A stretch of 64,000 bases of DNA. It comes from Phaeosaccion multiseriatum (Eukaryota > Protista > Ochrophyta, other classes). The stretch covers positions 620,001 to 684,000 of the forward strand of contig OZ218952.1 of the NCBI GenBank assembly GCA_965112735.1. Direction: 5' to 3'. The notes below the pieces were generated by a model. The model made no database searches and was not told the DNA's origin. It saw only the letters and a list, made by a program, of their open reading frames with translations. The first letter of the stretch is position 1. Each line of letters begins with the position of its first letter. The translations under genes and the position numbers were made by a program. This document shows positions 55,821 to 64,000 of the stretch, piece by piece.

Positions 55821-57527
55821 ATGATTGTGGAGAGCTTGGCAGCGTTGGTAGGAGGCAAGTGCCAACCTATGCCCCCCTCCTTCAGCGCTGGCGGTGTACC
55901 TCCACCATGTCAGCCAGGCTGTGCATTCAATACCGTCGTCGGGGTCGGAATGAAGTCGAGAAGCAGAGGGAGGTGGAGCAGCCTCAGCAGCAGCAGGAGC
56001 AGCAGCAGCAGCAGCCTCAGCAGCAGTACAGGGAGGAAATTGCGTATGAGCCTGCAGAGCACTTCCACCAACAGGCGCCGGAGAGGTGGGTTCTCTGATG
56101 TGAGACCGCATATGAGAGGAGCAATAGCAGCAGCAGCAGCATCAGCAGAAGGAGCAGCAGGAGGAGCAGCAGCAGCAGAAGGAGGAGCCGACGCCCCCTA
56201 CGACGAAACGTGGACTGCGGCGGCGGTATACGAGCAGGCCATGGACAATCACCGGAGGAGCGGCGACTGGAAGGGGGCGGGCGATCTGCTGAAAGAGATG
56301 GAGGCGCAGGGGATTGAGCCTTCGGTGAAGAGCTACAATGGGGCCATGGAGGCGACCCTTAACGCGGGAGAGTTTGACAGGGTGCTTGACTTGTTCGGGA
56401 GGATGAAGGCCCAGGGGGAGTCACCCTCGCCCATCAGCTACAACACGGCCATGGCCGCTTGTGGGAAGGCGGGCTACTTCGAAAAGTCGCTGGAGCTGCT
56501 GATGGAGATGAAGGAGCAAGGATTCGATCGCTCGCCCATCGACTTCCATCTCGCCATGGATGCGTGCGGAGAGGCGGGCGAGTGGGAGAAGGCGCTGGAC
56601 CTACTCGAAGATATGAAGAACAGAGGTCTGGAGCTGTCGGCCATCACCTACTCCGTGGCGATAAAGGCATGTGATAGGGCAGGCGAAGGGGGCAGAGCGT
56701 TGGAGCTGCTGCGGGAGATGAAAGAGAACATGGGCCTACTCCCCTTGCCCGCTACGTACGACATTGCCATCTCTGCGTGTGCCAAGGGTGGAGACTATGC
56801 CGGAGCAATGAACCTGCTCAAGGAGATGACTGCCAAGGACCTCCAAGTTTCCTACCCTGCCTACCACGAGATGCTGGAGCTGTGCGCGAGGGAGGGTGAC
56901 CACAAGCGAGCCGAGTACCTGCTGGACATGATGTCAGAGTTCAACCTCCACCACAAGCTGCTCGCCTTCGACTCGGTGGTGCGGGCCTGCAACAATGCCG
57001 GCGAGTATGCCAAGGCCCGGAGGGTGTTCCAGGCGGCCCGGGCGGACCCGGAGGCGGAGATATCTTGGCGTCTCTTCTCCTCCGCCCAGCGAACGTGCTG
57101 GATGCAGGGAGACTACAAGGAGGCAATGGCTCTGCTGGAGGAACTGACCAGAGACGGCAAGCATCCCTTTGGCGTGGCGCATCAGTTCAACTATTTCCAG
57201 GCGCAGGGAGCATGCTGGGCAGCAGGGGAGCATCAGCTGGTACTGGACCTTATGGACGAGATGGCGCTGCGCGATTTAGAGCCCAACGTTGAGAATTACG
57301 GTTTCGCGCTGCAGGCGTGTGCCGACCTTGGCAATCCGAAGGCGGCCAGGAAGTTCTTGAGTGAGATGGTGGACATTAGCGAGGAGCCGACGCAGCAGAT
57401 GGTTGACTTTGTGCAGACGGCCTTCGATAAGGCGGGGCAAAAGGAGGATGGGGTTGCGTTTGTGTCAGAGACGCTGAAGGACATGGAGGCCAAGGGAATG
57501 GAGCTGGCAGAGGGCATGAACGAGTGA
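55821..57527 (+). CDS. Pentatricopeptide repeat protein, intronless, probably organelle-targeted
   Basis: About 11-12 PPR-like units (e.g. PSPISYNTAMAACGKAGYFEKSLELLMEMKEQG); Ser/Arg-rich N-terminal extension; first ATG at 55821. Confidence 0.92.
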   Translation: MIVESLAALVGGKCQPMPPSFSAGGVPPPCQPGCAFNTVVGVGMKSRSRGRWSSLSSSRSSSSSSLSSSTGRKLRMSLQSTSTNRRRRGGFSDVRPHMRGAIAAAAASAEGAAGGAAAAEGGADAPYDETWTAAAVYEQAMDNHRRSGDWKGAGDLLKEMEAQGIEPSVKSYNGAMEATLNAGEFDRVLDLFGRMKAQGESPSPISYNTAMAACGKAGYFEKSLELLMEMKEQGFDRSPIDFHLAMDACGEAGEWEKALDLLEDMKNRGLELSAITYSVAIKACDRAGEGGRALELLREMKENMGLLPLPATYDIAISACAKGGDYAGAMNLLKEMTAKDLQVSYPAYHEMLELCAREGDHKRAEYLLDMMSEFNLHHKLLAFDSVVRACNNAGEYAKARRVFQAARADPEAEISWRLFSSAQRTCWMQGDYKEAMALLEELTRDGKHPFGVAHQFNYFQAQGACWAAGEHQLVLDLMDEMALRDLEPNVENYGFALQACADLGNPKAARKFLSEMVDISEEPTQQMVDFVQTAFDKAGQKEDGVAFVSETLKDMEAKGMELAEGMNE

Positions 57528-57576
57528 TATGATGGGCTATGATTTGGGGGGGGGGGGGGGAGATAAGGGAGAGAGC

Positions 57577-57619
<43 letters not shown>

Positions 57620-58155
57620 GCGCAGGAAAGGGCAAGTGGCGACGCAAGATTGGAAGATTTGAAAGAAAAAAAGAAGGACGCTCTCGAAGTCGGACACGGC
57701 ACCGCGAGTGAAGGGAAGGCATCTAAGAACATAATTACAGGCCGTCGAGTCGGGCACGGCAAGAGGGAGTGAAGCAAGGGGTGCAATTCGGCGATGGGGC
57801 CGAGAGTGGGGGTGTTGCATTCGTGTCGATCGCCCCTCTCTCACTGGATGCACTGCACCGGTTGTGGGGGGGGGGGTGGAGGGCGCGTGGAAAAGAGGGA
57901 GAATCACGTGTGGTTTACAGATAGATTTACAAGATCGCTTCTCTGTTGTGCACTTGCATTTTTGCTTCTTTTATTTTTACCATCGTATGCGAAGATCTCC
58001 TCCGCTTCTTTCCGGGTTGTACTTTAATTCTAATTTTAATTATATTTTTTAATTCAAATAAAAAATCATTTTAATTAAACTCCTATAATAAGATGAATGT
58101 GGTTCTATACATCCACAGCAGCGAAAAAACCTTGAAAACACTCCCACACCCGCGC

Positions 58156-59818
58156 TCAAAACGACTCCGTCATAGCCGCGGCTCCCTCGGCAGCCGCAGC
58201 AGCTGCCTCCGCCGCCCTCACCCTTGCCACCGCCTGCGTAGAGCAGTGCCGTCGGACAAAGTCTGACGCTTCCTGCAGAGACTCCATGCCCCCCGGGAAC
58301 TTCCGCGCAAGGAAGCCGTGCGTGGTGCCATTGTAGACGGTGTGTGTAACGTCCACCCCCACGGCTTCGAGCCTGCCATGCAGGGCTTCAATCTCAGTGG
58401 CGAGGATCTCTCGCTCGGCCGATTGGAGGAGGGTGGGGGCGAGTCTCTTGAGATCACGGGGAGTTGCGTAGAGGGGTGAGGCGGCGGGCTTCAGTCCATC
58501 CTTGGGCTCGGGCAGGTAGGCTCGCCAGAACCACTTTTAGGTTTGGGTTTGATTTGGAGGAGGAGGAGGAGGAGGAGGAGGAGGGGAGCAAATGAAATGG
58601 GTATCGTATGGCAAAGAAATGGAACGTAGCGGGAGGGGAAGATATGCACAACTCACGGAAAGGGGGGAAGGGAGGAACGGAGTGAGACGGACGGAGGGGC
58701 GGAGAGGACACGGCAAGCATCGGCAACCATCGATCTATTCCCCATTTTTCGCCCCCGGTCAGCCCTTCACTCACACACACACACACTCACCTCCATGAGA
58801 TCCTTGGTAAGCAGCCCGTAACCCGTCGCATACCGCTCAGCACTCTCGCTGGGGAGGCCCATGTTCTTCTTACGGCACGCCTCAGCCACGACGCCATCCA
58901 CTTCCCTGTGTCCGCTTTGGCAGAAACTCGTCGGCGGAGAGTGTGCCACCACCGCACACGGCTTGCGTGCGGGTGCGCTATTGCCGCTGCTGCGTCCTCC
59001 CGGCAGCCAGTAGAAGGCGGCTCGGCGGCGGATCCCCATGGAGAGGGCGAGGGTGGCACCTGCGCTGTCTCCCATGAGGGCGATGCGGTCGGGGTCGCCG
59101 CCGAAGCTCGCGATGTTCCTCACCACCCATCGCCACGCTATCGTCGCCCCGGTCGCAAGCGGTGGCCAGGGAGTCATGGAGTTCATTTCATTCATTTGGA
59201 AGTTCGGTCGGTTTTCAAGTGAGTGAGGCAGAGTGAGGCGTAAGTCAGCGAAAGGGGGGGAGGAGGGGGGTGAGGATGTAAGATGCTACTCTCTCCCCTC
59301 AAGTAGAATGAGTTGAATAAAGTAGGTACCCCTGCACGCGCGTGTGTGTGTGCGTGTGTATGAGTGGGAGCATGATGATCCACAGCTCTCCTTTTGCTTT
59401 TCGCGTCTTTCCTTGCCTCTTGTCTTCTCCTCCGGCCCACCCAACCCTTCGCTCTGTCTGATGCGATCCCGATTACCCCCTCACACGTTCGCCCCACCAC
59501 ACGCGCACCAACGCAAACACAGGCACATAGACACTCAAACAAATCACTCATTAATACCTACACACACGTAGACACATACTACACACACACGCACATACCT
59601 GCCAGACTGTCTTCCAAGGGGATTGGGAACTGGAAATCTGTTTGTTGGGAAGAGATGACGCGACGAAGCGGAAACACGCGGAAGAGGAGGAGGAGAGTTA
59701 CAAGAGGTAGGTATCACGAAGGATGAATATATATATTGACAGGGCCTCCCACTGAAGAAAGAGACAAGCAACAGACGAAGAGCAACAACAATCCCATCCA
59801 CCCCCGCACCAAAAACAA

Positions 59819-59853
<35 letters not shown>

Positions 59854-61429
59854 TGGACAGCAACATTAACAGCAACAACAACATCATCATCATCAACAAA
59901 AACAACAACAACAACAACAACAAAACTTACGCAGGTCTACCCTCACACTCACGTGGCGCCTTTCGGTACTGCACTCCCACGACAATGGCCTGGCTGGCAG
60001 TTGCCACGTCCCTCAACACCCCATCTCGAGTGTCCAGCGTGTGCAGTACCCAACCCCCACCATGCATGTACACAATCACGGGCATCCTCTCTTTGCGTCG
60101 CCTCCCTCCTCCTCCTCCTCCTCCCCACAGCTTCAGTCGGCTGCCGAGCCCATCACTGATCCCCTCCTCCCCGCCGTCGACTGCACACACTTGCGCCGGG
60201 GCTGCTAGTGCTATTGCCACTGCTGCTGATTCATCTGACGGACCAACTCCTCCTCCTCCTGCTCCTCCTCCTGCTGCTGCTGTTACCACTGCTCCTGCTG
60301 CTGCGGCATCACCATCAACGAAAACAGGTGTCGTGGGCTCATCCTCCCCCTCCTCCTCCCCCTCCATATAGTCCGAGTAAAGAACCACGGCGTCTGCTGC
60401 TGCTGCTGCTGCTGCTTCTTCTTCTGCTTCCAGCAAAGCTATCGCCGAAGCATCGTCCTCTCCTTCCACTCCTCTCTTTCCAAAGCCTCCTCCTCCTTCC
60501 AGCAGCCTGCTTCCTCCTGATCCAGAATTGGCCTCTCTTGTTCCCACTACTTCTACGGCTCTCTCTGCCCCCCCCGCGGCTGCTGCTGCTGATATTGCTG
60601 CAACCCCCTGCTGCTCCACCCCTGCGCTGCTTGTCCCGCCATCCCCCACCTCCATCCTCTTGCTCCGTGCGTCTCTCTCTCGGTGATCCTGCCCAAGCTT
60701 TCTTGCCGCTCCTGAAGAGGGCCGATCTGGTATGAGCACTCTGAGCGTAATCATTCCCCCCTTGACTGGAATTTGGATGTTGCTGATATCCTCAAAGGTG
60801 CCGTCCAAGACGGACCCCATCGCCCCGATCATCATCGAGTTTAGCTCGTTCACTTGCTGGACGATCTCTCTATCACTTTCCGGGTCCTCCCCAGGAGTTA
60901 ATCTGCAAGAAGGACAACACACCCAAGAGGAGGAGGCGGAGGAGGAGAAGCAGAAGAAGAAGAAGAAGAAGAAGAAGAAGAAGAAGAAGAAGAAGAAGAG
61001 GAGGAGGAGGAGGAGGAGGAGGAGGAGAGGGCAGCGAAGTGAGTTTGCACGAAGAGCCTCGGCTCATTCAATGAACCAAAGACGAGTCTTTAGCTTTACT
61101 GCGCCGAGGAAGATCCTGGCCCTACATCCCACATCCCAGAGAGCGTTAGAGGGAAGGGACAAGGGAGAGACACACACACGAGAGGGGGGAGGGAGAAGGA
61201 GGGAGGGCACTGCGTACAGGCTCCGACGCCAGAAGAAGAGCAGGAGGGAGAAAGAACGCGCTCTACCGTGCACTCACTTCGTATCCATGAGCTGGAGGCC
61301 AGCACGGGCCAACGCCGAGACGATGGAGCACTCAATGTACGCCTGCGGTCTCATGTCCCGTGTGTTGAGGAAGAATAATGCTCCTGCCAACGCAAACAGC
61401 AAACACAGCCATTTCATTGCAGTACTCAT
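58156..61429 (-). CDS. HSL-family alpha/beta hydrolase (esterase/lipase) with N-terminal signal anchor
   Basis: MKWLCLLFALAGALFFL; VIVYMHGGGW; YRKAP-HFQFPIPLED (39-bp exon 59637-59599); GGDPDRIALMGDSAG; WFWRAYL...ASPL...AEREIL; THGFL. Confidence 0.9.
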
Positions 61430-61896
61430 CCTTCCACCTGTTTCTAGTCTGCTATCACCACGGCCAACTCCATCTCGGGAGCCTTGTGTGCTCTGTCTTC
61501 CCTCCGCCGACATCGCTTGTTGGCCAACGGCAGCTCTGGGTCAAGTCTCTTCAAAATGTATCGTTCGGGTGCCGCTATTTCTATCGCGGCTGGAGCTTAG
61601 CTGACATCAGGACAGATCCCCCAAGTACCACCCCCTCCCTTCGGCATGCTTCTGGCCCCCTTTCTGGGGGACAAACACTCCTTGAAAAATAAAAGATCAA
61701 GAAAAAAAAAGGGTAGGCAGATGGTAGCTGATGGCCGGCTGAGGGATAGGGCCCGACCCCACTCGGTTCTCTGGCCCCCTTCCTCTCCCTGTACAAGGAC
61801 GACACTCCTCTAAAGACTTCATATTTATACAGGACGCCCATGCTAGCATCGTGTTGATACTAGCGGGTTGGTACGAGAACTCAATACACGTCCAAC

Positions 61897-63576
61897 ATGA
61901 TGGGGAGAGGGAAAGGGCGGGGAGGGGGCGGCGGTGCCAGCAGCAGTAACAACAGCATGGGCGGAAGCAGGGGTAGTAGCAGCAGCATGGGTGGGAGCAG
62001 GGGCAGAAGCGGTAGCAGTGCAGGAGGAGGAGGAGGAGGAGGAGGTGGGGGAGGGGGCGGGGGTCTTAGCGACAGCGGTGAGGATGGAGACGTTCGCTCT
62101 GTGCCTGTTTTCCGCGTGGAGCCGCCCCACATCCCCCCTGCGCGTCTAGCGCTTATTCGGAAGGCGGTGCTGGTGAGGTCAGCGCGGGTGTCTGTAGAGC
62201 AGGAGCAGACGGACTTGTCAAAGTTTGTCAGTTCAGGTAAGGGGGGAAGGCGTCGTGGGAGGTGAAAGAATGGTGAGGTGCCCTATCCTCTGTGCCCCGT
62301 GGACTCACTCTATCCTCTCCCATGGTTTGATTTGTGCTTGTGCTGTCCCTCAGTCCAACAGGCAGTCGAGGAAGAGCGCGAGAAGGACCGAGAACGGCGG
62401 AAAGTAGAGCTGACCAAGTGCGAGGCCAACATCAAGGCCCTTCTGAAGCAGAAGGCTGACCTAGAGAAGAATAAGAAAGGCATCGAGTGGTTAATGGACA
62501 AGATGCTAGAGCAGCAGCGGCGGCAGGAGGAGGAGGAGGAGAAGGAGAAGCGAAAGGACGAGGGCACCACCGAACATGGAGTGGTCGGAGGGCAGGTAGA
62601 GGCGGGAGGCGGTGGAGGGAAGGACAAGCAGAAGCAGGACAAGTTGGTGATACAGCAGCCGCGGCAGGGAGAAGCAACGGAGGCTGGACGAGGCCCAAAC
62701 GAGCAGCAGGGAGGACACAAGAGGAAAAAGAGTCTTGCTTCAGATATCATCGAACGGGCCAAGGGAGGCATAGATAGCCCCAAGAAGAAGAGGAAGAGGG
62801 AGGAGGCGGCGGTGGTAGGAGCAGCTTCAAGTACGCTCGGGCGAACGCAGATAGAAGGCGGATGGAGCGCCGCCGCAGCCGCAGCAGCAGCAGAAGAGGG
62901 GGGGGGGGGAGGGGGAGGAGGAGGAAGAGGAGGAGGAGGCGGGGGAAATGAAAAGGAAGAGGAAGAAGGACGGAGCGGAGCAGACGAAGGAGAAGGGACG
63001 GAGAAAGCAGTCGCAACAGGCGGCAGCAAAGACGCGGGAGAAAGCAGCGGGAAAGGGAAAGGGAAAGAGCAAGAAGAACAAGAACAAGAGCGAAATGGCG
63101 ATGATAAAGCAGCACCAGCAACAGTAGCAGCATCATCATCACCGTCAGCAGCACCATCACCACCATCAATAACAACCACAACTACAACAGCGGAAGAAAC
63201 ATCATCATCAACATCAACAGCAGAAACAACCACATCTGTAACAGCAGCGAAGAGAACAGCAAAAACAGCACCACCAACAATAACAACCCCAGCGGCAGCA
63301 GCCGCAGCAGCAGCAGCAGCGATAACATTTCCAACAACAGTAAACGCAGCATCAGCTGAAACAGCAGCAGTGGCAACAACCGCAGTAGTAGCAGCAGCGG
63401 AAACACCACCACCACCACCACCACCACCACCACCAACAGCAACAACAATAACCGCAGCAGAAGCAGCAGCAGCAGCAGCCACAGCAACAGCAACAGAATC
63501 TAAGCAGGCAGCTCCCACCGACGCCGGCAGTCATGGCGATGGTGGAGAAACCTCTGAAGTGCCGAAGAAGGAATAA
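61897..63576 (+). CDS. Hypothetical low-complexity protein with short coiled coil
   Basis: Exons 61897-62236 and 62354-63576 join in phase. Coiled coil EEEREKDRERRKVELTKCEANIKALLKQK; basic NLS-like PKKKRKR; Ala/Thr-rich tail. Confidence 0.6.
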
Positions 63577-64000
63577 GTTGTGGTCATTGAGAGAGAGAGA
63601 CTCCTTTCAGAGAGACATGTGCAATCAATCCATAGATGTTTGTAAGTAGCGTAGCTTAAGAAGAAGAAGAAGAGGGCTCCAATAATTTTTTTGTACGAAC
63701 TCCGCAAAATGACGGCTGGGAGAAGCGCTGTAGCTCTTCGTGTAGCTCTTTGATATGCCTGCCGACACGTAGTCTTTCGGCTTTCATCGCTGTTTCCCTT
63801 CCCTTTTTGTCAGCATTTCTGCAAGAGCACTCCCCCTTGCCGCCCGACCCCCAAAAAACGGGCAATTTGGGCGATTCTTACGCAAATCGAGTGTTAAAAT
63901 TAAGAAAAAATGAAGGGATGAATGGAACGATTCTTCATAGCAGAGCAGGCACATGCCTCACTCGATGGATCTCTCCACTTCGTTACATACAAACATATGC

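Noticed and set aside
62310-63518. 402-aa minus-strand ORF
   Set aside because: Antisense of the low-complexity + strand exon, which has the supported splice junction and coiled coil.

Overview
Gene-dense, GC-rich, intron-rich eukaryotic nuclear DNA, most likely from a photosynthetic stramenopile (ochrophyte alga); this is inferred from gene content and signal/plastid-type N-termini. I assembled gene models by hand from splice sites and reading phase. They include a UVR-domain plastid-type protein, a GT60-like GlcNAc transferase, a KIF15/kinesin-12, MAM33 head-to-head with TIMELESS, two intronless PPR genes (one PPR-SMR), a secreted Cys-rich protein and an HSL-family esterase. Four things stand out. 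(1) ORFs that the track lists separately at 43.4-50.9 kb splice in phase into one ~1998-aa type-II membrane protein with three glycosyltransferase-like domains around ~8 Cys-rich modules, three of them on tandemly duplicated phase-1 exons. (2) An intronless CHASE-HisKA-HATPase-REC hybrid histidine kinase has a decayed tandem copy and sits in a repeat-rich island. (3) Two non-autonomous transposons share TCGACCCCTGAC termini and 6-bp target duplications but have different interiors; one has its empty site visible in the paralog. (4) Many introns show a G/purine-rich 5' half and a C/pyrimidine-rich 3' half. No rRNA, tRNA or CRISPR array was recognised. No database searches were run, so all family assignments rest on motif recognition.
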